From the NCBI RefSeq assembly GCF_004010195.1, contig NC_057719.1:44240757-44299306 (forward strand): a stretch of 58,550 nucleotides of DNA, written 5' to 3'. The notes under the pieces are model-generated. The model made no database searches, was not told where the DNA came from, and worked only from the letters and a program-made list of their open reading frames with translations. A program made the translations under genes and the position numbers. This document shows positions 1 through 57,223 of this stretch, one piece after another (positions within the stretch are counted from its first letter, which is position 1; each line of letters opens with the position of its first letter). The DNA comes from Chiloscyllium plagiosum (Eukaryota).

Positions 1-216
1 CCCCCTCTCCGGCCTATCACCCTCACCTTAACCTCCTTCCCCCTATCGCATTCCCAACACCCCTCCCCCAAGTCCCTCCTCCCTACCTTTTATCTTAGCC
101 TGCTTGGCACACCCTCCTCATTCCTGAAGAAGAGCTTATGCCCGAAACATCGATTCTCCTGCTCCTTGGATGCTGCCTAACCTGCTGCGCTTTTCCAGCA
201 ACACATTTTTCAGCTC
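1..216 (+). mobile_element. Penelope-like element family A, 3' terminal repeat with degenerate hammerhead
   Basis: cctgaagaagagcttatgcccgaaacatcgattctcctgctcc...cagctc is shared with copies at 2660, 20275, 30512, 51726 and 52446; the copy at 2660 is attached to a GIY-YIG/RT remnant. Confidence 0.8.
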
Positions 217-329
217 ATCAGCTAGTGTGGCAGCCTTGTCGCTGACCAGCAATCCCCAAATGCATCGTGGTATGCCAGACATTAGGTATTGGAGAATGGC
301 TTCAGATAAATGCATCCCCGATACTGTCA

Positions 330-1560
330 AGCTAGCAGGCATTCATCAAGATTACTGTCTTGGTATAGTTACATACCAAGAGGAATATACAGGACAGTAT
401 AATTAGGGGGTAGATACTATTCTCTACAACTATGAACAAAGTGCCAAGACTATGTTGCCTGCCCAGAATTAAGGACATTTCCTCAGGGCTGGAGAAGAAC
501 TTGAAAAGGTGGGGACGATCCAATAGTTATCATCCATGTTGGTACCAATGATGTTTGTAGTACTGGAAAGGAAATTCTGCTGAAAGACTTTGAACAGTTA
601 GGAGATAAATTACAAAACAGAATCTCCATGGTAATAATCTCTGCATGAATATATGAGCCAAAGGCAAACTGATGTAAGGTAAGTCAAGTGAAGGAGTTAA
701 ATACATAGCTGAAAGATTGGAAAGGCCTTGATTTGAACTGTGCCAGGACCAGTGTCCTGGTGAATTCAATAACTAAGGCTGGATACAGAGCTTTAAACTA
801 ATTAGTGGGTGAAAGGATTTGGGAGAGAAGAAATGCCAGCATGCAAAGCAAGAGGATATGGCAGCATTAGAGGGTAGTTATTTATATATAGGGAGACTTT
901 CCAAAACAATGTGTTATGGATCCAACCGGGATCCATACTGTCTTTATATGTTAATGTATAATAAAACAGCCTTAATAAATGGTCAGAAGGAAAGATTCCC
1001 TCATAAATAGTGACCATAACATGGTAGAACTTAGCATTCAGTTTGAGGAGGAGGAACTTGAGTCAGAAAAAACTGTGCTGAGTTTAAATAAAGATAATTA
1101 CAAAGCAATGATAGCAGAGCTGGTTAGAATGGACTGGCAAAGGAATTTAATAGTAAAATTGGTTGAGGAACAATAGCAGAAATTTAAGAAGATAACATGA
1201 CTCACAGCAAAGACATATTCTAATATGAAAGAAAGATTCTAGGCAACAGGTAAGCCAACTATGGTTAACCAGGGAAGTAAACGATAGCATCAGATTGAGA
1301 GAAAAAACATTAAATGCAGCGTAGATAGGTAGAGAATTGGAAACATTTAAAAACCAACTAAAGACAATCAAAAAAAGGGAGAAATTAAATTTTGAGGGTA
1401 AAGTTACAAGGAATGTCAGGATGAATTGCAAGAGCTCCTTTAAATATATATAAAGGAGAGAAGCCAAAGTGAACATATATTTTAAAGGGCCTGAGGCTGG
1501 GGAAATTATATGGGAACCAGGAAATGGTTGAGGAATTGAATAAATACCTTGCATCTAAGT
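330..1560 (+). mobile_element. CR1-type LINE 5' fragment (ORF1 esterase and APE region), decayed
   Basis: Translates to IHVGTND (~532-552, SGNH-esterase-like ORF1) and NSDHN (~1006-1020, APE endonuclease C-terminal motif); many stops and frameshifts. Confidence 0.8.
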
Positions 1561-1564
1561 TATT

Positions 1565-1990
1565 ATGGTCAACTGTATGTTCAATGGGAAATACTCCTTG
1601 TGGTTTATGTATCACTCCTAATTGACATGGTGGGAGGTCGGGGAGGGATGGTTGTAGAGCCACTTGCATTGAGTGGTGCCCTGCACCATTAGAATGCCTG
1701 CTATGTTGAAGAATCAATGTTATTATTGATCCTGCTGCTCCCCCCTCAGGATAATAAAGTTCCATCCATTTGTGTACAGCATCTTTGTGACCTTTCTGAT
1801 GCATGTATGAGTGAAGAACAATGAGAGATAACTATTGTCAACTGCCACTGCTGAGAATCTACTGTGATGTACATATAGGGAGATGTTGACTGTCATGGCC
1901 ACTGAGAGGGCTAACCTCACACTACTTTGAGACTTAAGATCAGCGTACAGGAGATGATACAATGCAGTAACGACTCTTTGATGAGGTTTG
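1565..1990 (-). mobile_element. PIF/Harbinger transposase (HARBI1-like) remnant
   Basis: Minus-strand translation LSVAMTVNISL..CIRKVTKMLY..NFI, then FFNIAGILMVQG..YINHKEYFPLNIQL, resembles Harbinger F..AGFP.VQGAIDCTHV..YINRKGFHSLNVQL. Confidence 0.7.
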
Positions 1991-2654
1991 GTTTCCTCCT
2001 CCTCCTTTATGGCTCATAGCTAATTAGGGATGGCATTCTGGAAGGCTGTTTGTGTTCAAGGCCTTAAATAGAAAGTCATCTTCTCTTCCCTTCACAGAAA
2101 GTTCTTCCCTCTGCTGCCTCCTTGCCACATTGCAGACCAATTGGCAGTTCAATAATTATAGTTCACTGTCCCTATTTCCTTTATAAATACAGCAAATACA
2201 TCCAAATTGCTTCAATAACTCAAAACAGTGCTTTGTGGTTGACATTTTGTTCAGAGGATCTTTGAAAAGCCCAAAACAGAGCTCATCTTATTTTACATCT
2301 AATGAAAATATTGGTCTGCACATGTATTGATCTGATTTAGTATCCTGGTCTTGCATCAGCCCATTAGCCAATATGTCAATGATAGCATTCTTTCGGCATC
2401 ATGTAAACTCAGGGTACCCACCAGCAATTTAATTCAATAATAGAAAGGCTGTGAGTGCACATCCCACATAGAACCATTTTACGCAATTTCATGCTTCAAG
2501 ATTACAAGAAAGTAAACTCTAGATAAAAGTTGAGTTAGCATAGGTAAACCCTTCCCTAGCTTTATGGACTTCACTCTGGAACAGAGTCAAATTAAATATT
2601 TGAATTCTCCAATGGAGTTACCACACCCAAAATAATTCAAACAAGTTTAATGAC

Positions 2655-3895
2655 TAGATGCAGAGTTGAGAGTCAAAACGTGTGCTGCTGGAAAAGCATA
2701 GCAGTTCAGGCAGCATCTGAGGAGCAGGAGAGTTGATGTTTTGGGCATAAGCCCTTCATAGTTGGAGAATTGGATCTGGGATGAAGTGGGAGGAGGGGAG
2801 ATTTGGAAACTAGTGATGTCGATGTTGATGCAGTGTGGTTGAAGGGTCCGAAGGGGAAGATGAGACGTTCTTCCTTCAGTCATTGGGTGGCTTGCATTTG
2901 GCAGAGGTGGCAGCCCAGCATTTGCATGTCCTTGATGGAGTGGGAGGGAAAGTTGAAGTGGTCAGCCATAGGTTGGTGGGGTTCTTTGGTTTATGTGTCA
3001 CAGAGATGTTCCCTGAAATGTTCTGCAAGTTGACATCCTACTTCGCTGATGTAGAGAAGATCACATCGAGAGCAACAGATACAGTGGATGAGGTGTTAGG
3101 ATGTGCAAGAAAATCTCTGCTGGATGTGAAAAGATCCTTTGGGGCCTTGGACGGAGGTGATAGGTGTGGGTGCAAGGTTTATACCTTTTGCAGCAGCAAG
3201 AGAAGGTGCTGGGTGTGGAGGATGGGTTGGTGGGGGATGTGGACCTAATGAGGGAATCACGGAGGGAATGGTCTCTGTGAAACGCAGATAGGGTGAGGAG
3301 GGAAATATATCTCTAGTGGTGGGGTCTGATTGTAGGTGATGGAAATGGCAGAGGATAATGCAATGCAAACACATTGACTTGGATCGCATTTACCACCTCC
3401 TGAAGAAAAGAACAGGAAATGACATCGCCACAGAGAATGACATCACCAACCCAAGGAAACCCAAACATATCAATAGAAAGCAGGCTACATCTGGAGGTTC
3501 ACTGAAGATGTTACCTAGTATGGTGACAAAACATCTGAAAATAAACCTTTCAGCTTAGCAAGCAAACCTACATCCAGATAATTCACTGTATCCAGAGATT
3601 AGTGGGATGGAAGATAAGAACCAGGAGGTTCTATACTTGTCGTATATGGAGGGTTGGGGTTCAAGGGTGGAGGTGCGGGAGGACATCGTTGATCACATGG
3701 GAGGGCAAAATGCAGCCCTTGAAATAGGAGACCCTCTGAGATGTCCTGGAAGCAGATATGGTGGAGGCGGAGGAATTGGGAGTAAGGGATTGCTTTTTTG
3801 CAGGAGGAGGGTTGGAAGGAGGTGTAGTCCAGGTAGCTGTGGGATTTGGTGGGTTTAAAATAGATGTCCGTGTTGAGTCCGTGCAGAGTTGAGAC
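2655..3895 (-). mobile_element. Penelope-like retroelement family A (RT C-terminus, GIY-YIG endonuclease, terminal repeat), interrupted
   Basis: TDIYFKPTKSHSYLDYTS..SCKKAIPYSQFLRLHHIC (ORF 3599..3898) and QGPKGSFHIQQRFSCTS followed by a degenerate LIYCI.CSRC.LLYI GIY-YIG; terminal repeat at ~2660-2760. Confidence 0.85.
3365..3580 (+). mobile_element. Penelope-like element family C terminal fragment nested in family A copy, with degenerate hammerhead
   Basis: ttca-CTGAAGA-t-GTTACC-tagtat-GGTGAC-AAAA-CATC-tgaa at 3498-3539; the tail cagcttagcaagcaaacctacatcc matches 13880-13908. Confidence 0.65.
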
Positions 3896-4884
3896 CATTG
3901 TATTCTTCTGAGCTAAACATGGAAATATCTAAGCAATATCTTGTTTGGCAAGATAACAGAACCAAACTTGAGAGTACACAAATGAATCATTTTAGTAGCA
4001 CTTGGAAGAGCAGCAGATGGATAAAGACTATGAAGTAGAAGCAGTAAAACTGAAATGACACATGGTTTCATTCTCATCATCCTGAAAGCCAGCATATTTT
4101 ATTTTAATTGGGGTTCAGAGACTGTGAGTTATATGCCATGAGCAATGTTGCTTTGTGGCCGCTGTGCCATTACATTAGTAGTGAAGGCAAAGCTGGACTG
4201 CCAATGCTTGTCCAGCTGCACAGTCGTGTTTTAAAGATGGAACTGGCACCACTAGCTTCACGGAAAATATCCACTGAGAGATGCAGTTGCAGGAACAGTG
4301 CACACCCAAATGAGTGCATTGGGTGCTACAGTGGGACAATAGGAGAACCATGGGGGTGGGCAGTTAATGAGGCAAATTTGGTAGGGTACAGTGAGAAATG
4401 TTGCAAAGCCTCACAGCAAAAAATGGTCCAAAAAGCTTGAAGCAACTGTCACTTAGCCACCCAAATGTTAAGATTCAGCCTTTTGTCTCCTAAAAATCCA
4501 CCATATGAAACTTCAATTTAATATTTGATATAGCACATCTTCTTCACAACAAATATTCTCAAGATTATCTGACCCTGAGTTAACTGCTTTACCAAAGTGA
4601 CAGATATAGTTAATGGTTTTGCAGTTAATGAGTAATTACCAAGTAGAGAAACGTTCAGCATCTAGTCAAAAAGAGTAGCAACATCGAACATGTAAGAAGT
4701 AAAAAAAACTAAGTGCCAATCACCTGGCAATTATATTCACCATCTTATTTTCAATTAAGTTCAGTGAAACAGAAAATTGGACAGAGTGCATAATGAGTGG
4801 CTAATTCACTGGCATTTCTTGAGATTGAAACTGAAGTTAAAAATAAGTTAAGCTTCTATTGTAGTTGGATGATACACTGCATAC

Positions 4885-49312
<44,428 letters not shown>

Positions 49313-50328
49313 CTTTAATCATACAGAATAAAACTCACATTTATTAGATTTGATTTATTATTGTCACATGTACTGAGATAGTGAAAAGTATTGTTTTGTG
49401 TGCTATCCAGACAAATCATAACTTACATAATTACATCAGGGTAAAATCATCATAAAAGATGTGAGGAGAAAATGTGCTGAGAACAGTTTGCAAACTGTCA
49501 CTTGTTCATATATAAATAATCAATCACAGTCCATACAGATGCTGATTTACAGGTTTGGAAGCAAAGTGCAAACAATTTGAGAACAGATCAATTTTATCTG
49601 CACACTTCGGTTTTGTTATTGATGGATTTTTATGTTTTGGGTATTCAACTTTATACATGGTTTCCATAAATTATCCCAAGCCCACTGTGAAATGTTGTAT
49701 TTTTTATTTGCATAAAATCGACATATTTACAAATCAGATTTTAACTATACCTCTTGTAGTGATGTGAGCTATGGCAAGATCTGTGGCAGAATCAAGTGAG
49801 GAGACCATGAGGCCAATCTTGACATCAAGATCACCTTGCTCCATTTCGTAAATAAAAAGAGGTCCCCAATTTATGAATGTCAGACCTACGAATGCTCATA
49901 CTTATTAATGCGATCTCATAATTGTTTTTTATATTTAAAGACCCAACCTACAAACATTTCTGTATTTAAGAATAGCTGCTTCAAACTGTCCTGCGTTATG
50001 CCCTGACTTGCAAATGGCCTCCAGAAAGCATTCTGAGCAGATATATTAAGACACACCTCTGGAGCAAGTGGAAATTGAACTTAGGTCTTCTGGCCACAAT
50101 TTTCACAAGCAGCATGGCAAGATTGACAATTGATAGCAGTTAATGCTTGTTTACCTCTTCATTGATAGCCCAGATCACCTCATTCATATTTTGTTTCCAA
50201 TCTTCCCAAACTTGCCCAATAAACTAGCCATCAGGAAAACCGAACATGGAAACCAGAGCGGGTGCCTAGCAGATTCAGCTCACCGCTTTCTCCAAGCAAC
50301 TACTGGCTACACAAACCTTTTCTTCACA

Positions 50329-50620
50329 TGATTCGGAGATGCCGGTGTTAGACTGTACAAAGTTAAAAATCACACAACACCAGGTTATAGTCCAACAGAA
50401 GTGAAACTATCACTGTATTCTAACAGATGAAAGGCTTAACAGACAATCAATTCTTCAATGTATAATTTCAGTTACATCACACTGCAAATTTTTGCTATAA
50501 ATTCTGTGTTACGATCAAGCCCTCCACAATCACCTGATGAAGGAGCGTCGCTCCGAAAGCTAGTGTGCTTCCAATTAAACCTGTTGGACTATAACCTGGT
50601 GTTGTGTGATTTTTAACTTT
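50329..50620 (+). mobile_element. Penelope-like family B insertion with 40-bp inverted repeat and intact hammerhead core
   Basis: 50359-50398 is the exact reverse complement of 50581-50620; CTTTTCTTCACA occurs at 50317-50328 and 50617-50628. Confidence 0.85.
50531..50565 (+). ncRNA. Minimal type I hammerhead ribozyme motif (family B)
   Basis: CAC-CTGATGA-a-GGAGC-gtc-GCTCC-GAA-AGCT-A-GTG: helix I CAC/GTG, 5-bp helix II, palindromic AGCT in place of helix III; predicted cleavage after A50562. Confidence 0.75.
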
Positions 50621-51725
50621 TCTTCACAGACATTCAGCAAACCCTCGCGACCATCCTAGCACCTCATCAATGCACTAGCAGTGGAACCTAGAAGTATAGA
50701 CTTGCATATCAAGACTTAATGGGAACCAGTAGTGCCTGATGCATCAGAGAGTTACCACACAGGGACAGGCATCCAGCTACTGGCTTGGACCAGTACTGCT
50801 CACTTGCTCCCTCGGTATGTATTCTTTTGACACCTACCAGCATGCCCAAAGTATTCGCGTCTTGCCTTGCAGTGCTCGTTTGAACATTTACCCAACCAGG
50901 CAGCTGGTTGTGCTGTTCAGTAGTCCATGCCATCATAAGACAGTGTGCTATGTCACTGTCACACTTGTACCATGTGGTAGCAGCTTTTGCACCAAACAAA
51001 ATGCATCTGCCCATCAAGCAGTCAGCTGTGTCTCAATGTTTTCAGGGAATACTCCACAGTGAAGTCTATGGGGATACCCATCAGTTGTGGGTGGGCCTAC
51101 ATGTTTAGTCTTTGGACCTATCACTGTCATCTACTAACGTAAAGCAAATAGAAATAGCACCACGAGGAATAAAATGGTCACCACTACACTCGGTATGGGC
51201 GATGTAAGTGAACCAATGAGTAAGGGAGATGACTGAAGTTACCACTGGTTATTGGACTCCGAGGGGAAGAAAAGATCGATTCACTGATTGCGACACAGAT
51301 ATGCAGGATGCCTACTTCATGGCCATCTGATCTTTGATCCTGTGTGTTTATCTCCCTGGCTGGGGAACTCACTGACAGCTACACTCCTAAGCTCACAGAT
51401 AGCTGAACAGTGGGGAATGTTGAATGGGGTGTGCCTAAGGTGCTGAAATGTCCCAATGCCATGTACATGTAATGTTCCCCACTTTTCTAACACGATGTAG
51501 TCGGTGCTCAGTCAACATGCTCATTTATTGCACCTTATTAGTGCTCAATAAGTAGTGCCTGAGGGTGCAATGAAGTCCTTGGGTTCTACAACCCCATAAG
51601 AAACAAACACATATGATGCATTTCTCAACTGTTTACAGAAGTTTTACTAATGTGGCTGCAATCTTCCTCTCCCTCCTGTTGCATTGTATTGAGCTCTCTG
51701 TCCACAGATGGGGTGGAGAGAATGT

Positions 51726-51814
51726 GGATTAGTGGTGCTGGAAGAGCACAGCAGTTCAGGCAGCATCCAAGGAGCTTCGAAATCGATGTTTCGGGCAAAA
51801 GCCCTTCATCAGGA
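51726..51814 (-). mobile_element. Penelope-like family A mini-insertion with near-intact hammerhead
   Basis: Minus strand ttc-CTGATGA-a-GGGC-tttt-GCCC-GAA-ACAT-C; flanked by AGAATGTG on both sides. Confidence 0.8.
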
Positions 51815-52445
51815 AGAATGTGTTGACTCTAGAGTTTTGGTCGTTCAACCCTGGGGGAATTTGTATCTGGATGACCTACATATGCCAAGAGTCCTCTTGC
51901 CAGAGGCAAGCTGATTCTCCTTGGTCTGAACTTCCAAAGGTTGGAGCACAGACAGGTAGGATTAAGATGGAGAATTATCACCTCTGCACTGCCCTTAATG
52001 GAAACTGCTGATGGGCCTGTTTGTGGCTCCTTCTCTGGCTAGGTGTCTTTTAGGACAGTCTACTTCCATGTGAGATTGGGGCATCTGGATTGGGTCAAGA
52101 TTTCCTGCCCTGACCTACACTGTTAAGGACCCAAAGGCTGGGATGGTGTACAGGTCTTGCATTTCTGCAACATTCCATGAGGGTGCTGGACCTAGCTCTC
52201 CATGTCAGCCACCAACCTGTCCATGGAGGTAGATATGCTGTTGCAAGATTTGCTGTATGGCTGCAGCTTTTGGGCAATTAGGACCATTGCATCTCAAATG
52301 CCTAATGCAATTCCTGATCTGCCTTGTGCATGTGGATGAAGTCCCTCAGTGGTGAGACTACAGACCTCTCCTTCCAGGGACTAGTAATTGTTTGGTGTCC
52401 AGCAGTCCACTTAGTGCTAGTTGCTTGGTCTGTTTTTTTCTCTCT

Positions 52446-52703
52446 AGGAGAAAGTGAGGACTGGAGATCAGAGTCAAGAAGAGTGGAGCTGGAAAAGCAC
52501 AGTTGGTCAGGTCACCCTTTCGAGCGTAACCTCCTTATCAGGAATGTAGCTGTCAAGGGGGCTGAGAGATAAATGGGAGGCTGGTGGGGCTGGGGGATAG
52601 GTAGCTGGGAATGTGGTAGGTGATGGTAAGTGAAAGTGGGGGTGATAGCTTGGACCAGAGGGTGGAACAGATAGGTGGGAAGGAAGATGGACAGGTAAGA
52701 TGG
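52446..52703 (-). mobile_element. Penelope-like family A terminal repeat, decayed
   Basis: Reverse complement resembles 1-216 and 30620-30695; flanked by TGTTTTTTTCTCTCT on both sides. Confidence 0.7.
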
Positions 52704-54804
52704 TGTTTTTTTCTCTCTCTCTCATCTACTGTACTGTCATTGAATGGTGCTCACCAATCTGTGATATCACACTGTGCCTATCGAGCTCACAGACGTGTCA
52801 GTATAGAAGGTATTGGGGTGGATGAGGTAGCCTTCCTGTTGCTTCCTTTGGAGCCTAAATGCTCCTCAGCAGCATTCCCCCTAATTTTCTTTCTGGCTGC
52901 ACAGGCTTCCAAGGTTGGTGTGTGGCATTGACTTCCGAAACCACAAGAAGTTTGGCACACCGTCGACTGCCTTGTGCGTAACCTTGGAGTGGCTACGCAT
53001 GAAGATGGTTGCACTCATAAGACAGAAAAGGTGTAAGGCATTGTGGCCAGTGGTTAGAAGTGGAGTTCAATGCATGACAGTGATTGCCTGGTTAATGTCA
53101 CTGTTGTAGTGAAGCAAGAAGTGGTACTCACTCCGTTGCCAGGACAGTGATGACTATGCAACCCTGCAGGACAGGTCCTAGTCTTGAACTGCGTGGGCAT
53201 AAATTCTGTCCTCATAGACGGTGGAGACATGGACACAGGGCTTCCCTACCCCAGGCATATAGTATTAATCTGCACTGTTATATGATGTCTTCTCCTGTAA
53301 TAAAATAAAGAGGACACAGGAGTAAGATGCAAGTTGATAGTACAACTCTTAGTGCTGGTGCATAGGGGAATGGTGTGAGTTGTTCTAGTGAAGTGAGGAG
53401 ACAATGAAGAGAGGATGCAGGGTTAGTTGTGTGAGTATGGACTATAATGAATGTGAATGAGGGAAGGTGTTGCATGGAATAGAAGGTGTCACAGCATGAG
53501 CAGATAGATTAAGAGTGAAGTAATAGAAAATAGAGTATGACACAGTTTGAAGCAGCAGAGAGCCATTGACTTTCTTTTGGCAATGCAGATGGCCTGCAAC
53601 ACCTTTGAGATGGCACTGACCCAGGTGGCAAGGTCCAAGTTAGCTGACACCAACTGGGATGTTGCAGGTCTTCTCTGATGGTCCCCCAGGAAAAAAAAAT
53701 CTATTCATTGACACCACACTGTTGATCAGGTTCCCATTGGAAAAATGCAATGCTAACTTTCCCTTTTCAGTCATCTCTTCTCACAGATACCAAAAGCAAG
53801 CAAGACATCTGCCAATTGTCTGCCCTACTTCAGGTGAGCAGTTCAGTGGACTTTCAAAAGTTTTGATTTTATTGTCAGGTGTATTTTACAATAAGAATAC
53901 AAATGCAGTGAAAAGCTTTCATTTGTCACCTCAAAATGGTGCCATTTTGAATAATTTATGAATAAAGAATAAAAAAGAAAAATATAGCTTGGAGAGTCCA
54001 TCAGGCCTGAGCCAACTCATTACCATGAATGACACCTGTGCTGCCATCCCTCTGCCTTGACTTTGCTGGTGCCAGCACTAGACCCAAACAACAACAAAAG
54101 TCACCAATCCTCAGGTGCCATCTATTGCCTCTGGGCCTACCTCGCCTCTGACGATGTAGCAGCCGCTGATTCCAGGTCCTGTGCTTGCTCCAGGAAAGTA
54201 AGTAGGGACTTACTGTCCTCTGCGCTGGGTCCACTTGAGGTCCACGTGCTGGCCTTTTGCTGCTGCTAATGCCATCCAAACTCAGGACAAGGTAGATAAG
54301 TAAAAGTAAAAGATGAAAAAAAAAGAAAAGCTGTCAGAGAGGACGAGCTCTGGCATAGGAACCCTACACAGTTGCCATTATGGTCTGGGAAAGGTGGTAT
54401 GAATGCAAGGAATGCTGGTCTTAGGGCTGATACCTGCTGAGTGTTGAATTCGTCCTAGACCAGTATGTGGTAAGATGTGGCAGATATTGGACATGAGAGA
54501 CACCATTGAGGTAGGGTTGGCGATTATTGCAGCGAGTTTGGTAAGATAAAGTGAGAGAACTCGCTAGGTCTCGTGGTGAGATACTGCAAATCCCCAGCAA
54601 CTCACAAGTAGTCAAAAAGTGTAAGACTCAGCTTTCTGTTTTTAACATTGTTATCCACAACCAGTCACACAATACCAGTATAAGAAAAGCAGCTAAGCTT
54701 TATTTGTTTAAGTCCACCATACCAAAAAAAAGAACAATACCATTAAGAACACAAGAAATAGGAGCACAAAACTATACAGTCCATGGGCCTGCTGATGATT
54801 AAAA

Positions 54805-55240
54805 ACATAGAAAACAGTAGCAGGACAAGGCCATTCAGCCTTTAAGCCCCATTTGACACTAAATGAATTCATGGCTGATCTTCTACCTCAACATAATTTT
54901 TACATATCTTTTGATGTTTTAGTTTTGTAGAAATCAATCAACCTCATGCCTAGATATACTCAAAGACTGAGATTCCACAGCTGTCTGGATAGAGAATTGG
55001 AAAGATTCTATGAGTAAAGAAATTCCTCCTCATCTCAGTCTGAAGTGGTCTGCTCGTCATCCTTAGATTGTGTCCCCTAGTTCTACATAATCCTACCAGG
55101 GAGGAATTAAAACAAATCACAGTATTCCAGGTATAGCTGCACCAACACTCGATATAACTGCAGTAAAACATCTTCTTTGTTCAAATTCTCTTGTAATAGA
55201 GGCAAATAAACAATTTACGTTTTTAATTGCTGGCTACCTG
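54805..55240 (-). mobile_element. CR1-type LINE 3' fragment
   Basis: RTRGHNLRM..TEMRRNFFTHR (ORF 54950). Confidence 0.8.
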
Positions 55241-55249
55241 CAAGCAAGG

Positions 55250-55780
55250 AGATGATACTACATCTCTATAACCATTGGTCAGACCACATTTGGAGTACTG
55301 TGTTCAGTTCTGGGCACTTAATTTAAGGAAAGATGTCAAAGCCCTGGAAAAAGTGCAAAGAAGATTAACTCAAATGATACCAGGAATGAGGGATTTTAGA
55401 TTAGGAAAAATTAGAGAAATTGGGCTTATTCTCCTTGGAGTAGAGAAGATTAAGAGATTACTTATTGAGACATTCAAAATTATGAACAATTTTGACAAGG
55501 AAAAGAGGGATTTTCTTTTCCACTAGTTGCTATTTCAGGCAACTGGGAGTCACAACTTCAAAACTGTCAGCAAGACGGCTAGGAGTGAGACAAGCGAAAC
55601 TTGTTTACTCAAGAGAGTTGTTGGGAGTCAAAATGGGAGTGGTGGAGATTTTAAAAGAGAGCTGGACATACATTTAAAAGAGATGAATTTACAGAGGTAG
55701 GGCTGGAGAATGGGACTAGCTGGGTTGTTCTTTTGGGAGTTGGTACAGACACGATGGGTCAAATGTTAACTATTCTATGT
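55250..55780 (+). mobile_element. CR1-type LINE 3' fragment inserted into another CR1
   Basis: LVRPHLEYCVQFWA..KDVKALEKVQRRLTQMIPG (ORF 55275). Confidence 0.88.
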
Positions 55781-56119
55781 TAGCTTTCTTTGGCTCATGA
55801 ACAAAAGCATCCAGGTCACTTTGAAATTCAACACTGCACAGTCTCTTGCCATTTAAGAAGTTTCTGTATTTTGTTTTTCCCACCAAAGTGGACAATCTCA
55901 TGTTTCTCAGTGGTCTACTCAATCTGCCAAATCCTTGCCCACTCACTCAACCTCTCCAAATCCCCTTGATGGATCTTTGCATTCTTCTTACAACTCATGT
56001 TTGCAAATTGAAAATGTTACATATAATCCCCACATTCAAATCATATGAAACAGATTGTGAATAGCGTGTATCCTACTAGTCACAGGCTGCCAACCTGGGA
56101 ATGCCTCATTTATTCCTAC

Positions 56120-56580
56120 TAGACTGAAAGCTGGAATAAGTGAGTTGTCTTATGTGGAAAGGCAGACTAAATGAAACTTGATTCCATAGACTTTAGAAGA
56201 GTAAGGGGTGATTTTATTTAAGTATGTAAGATCCTGAATGGTCTTGACAAGGTGGATGGGGAAAGGATGTTTTCTCATGTGAATGATTCCAGAACTAGGG
56301 GCCACTGTTTAAATATAGTGCATGCCCTTTTGGGACAAATATGAGGAGACATTTTTTTTCTATCAGAGGGTTGTGCAACTTTGGAACTCTGCCTCAGAAA
56401 ATGGTGGAGGTAGGATCATTGAATGTTTTTAAGGCAGAGATAACTAGATTCTTGTTGAGTCAGAGAATCAAAGGTTACAAGGGGTAGATAGGAATATGAT
56501 ATTGTAAAAACTGACAGATGTGCAATGATCCTACTGAATGGCAAGGGGCTGAACAGAGTACTTCTGCTCCCAAATCATAT
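56120..56580 (+). mobile_element. CR1-type LINE 3' fragment
   Basis: agaagagtaaggggtgattttattt..agaactaggggccac..cagagggttgtg..tggaactct, the CR1 ORF2 C-terminal signature. Confidence 0.8.
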
Positions 56581-57223
56581 TTATGTGCACTGTATGAATG
56601 CAAAATCTGTTTACTGTCTATTAACCTAGTTCTTGATTCATGGGTGATTTATTCCCTATAATCCCATGCATTTTGATTTCATTTATTAACCTCTTTTATA
56701 GGATCTTAAAGCTTTCTGAAAATCTAAATATTACACATCCACTGCTTCTCCCTATTCTGCTAGTTATCCTCAAAAACTCCAACAAGCTTTGTTAAACTTA
56801 ATTTTTCATTCATAAATCAAAATTAATTATGCCCAATCCTACCATTATTTGCTAAGTGTCCTATTATCACATCCTTTATTATAGATTCTAACATTTTCCC
56901 AGAAGTGATGCTAAGCTCACAAGTTCCCAGTTTTCTCTCCCCACTCCTTGCTTGAAAGTGGCATTACATTTTCTATTTTCCATCTGCATGTATTATTCTG
57001 GTATGTATAGAACGTTTGAAGATGATCACCAACACATCTGCGAACTCTTACGCCATATTTCTCAACATGCTGTTATGGAAGGGTAAAATAATTTATCTAC
57101 TTTAGCTCTCATTTTTCCTCACGAACATTAATTTCTCGCAGTGCCTCATTTTCAGTCTTGAAATTTCCATTATTTCTGGATATTTTAATATTTTCTTTTG
57201 AGAACACAGATACAAAGTATTGA

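Larger units (their letters stand above)
50640..53700. mobile_element. Highly decayed PIF/Harbinger transposon (nuclease remnant on +, Myb/SANT remnant on -)
   Basis: ~50900-51090 (+): VQ..CHHK..QSAVSQ.F..YGD, HARBI1-like. ~53555-53690 (-): RRP..ATWVSAIS..HCQKKVN, Myb/SANT-like. Boundaries uncertain. Confidence 0.45.

Noticed and set aside
4108..4440. 110-aa ORF and many similar 60-130 aa ORFs
   Set aside because: No recognisable domains or splice support; consistent with chance ORFs in repeat-derived intron sequence.
1..4884. Next phosphorylase exon (~exon 13, KIGE.. type)
   Set aside because: No matching translation with AG/GT found by eye; attggagaa at ~2605 (minus) does not extend. Probably beyond the window start.
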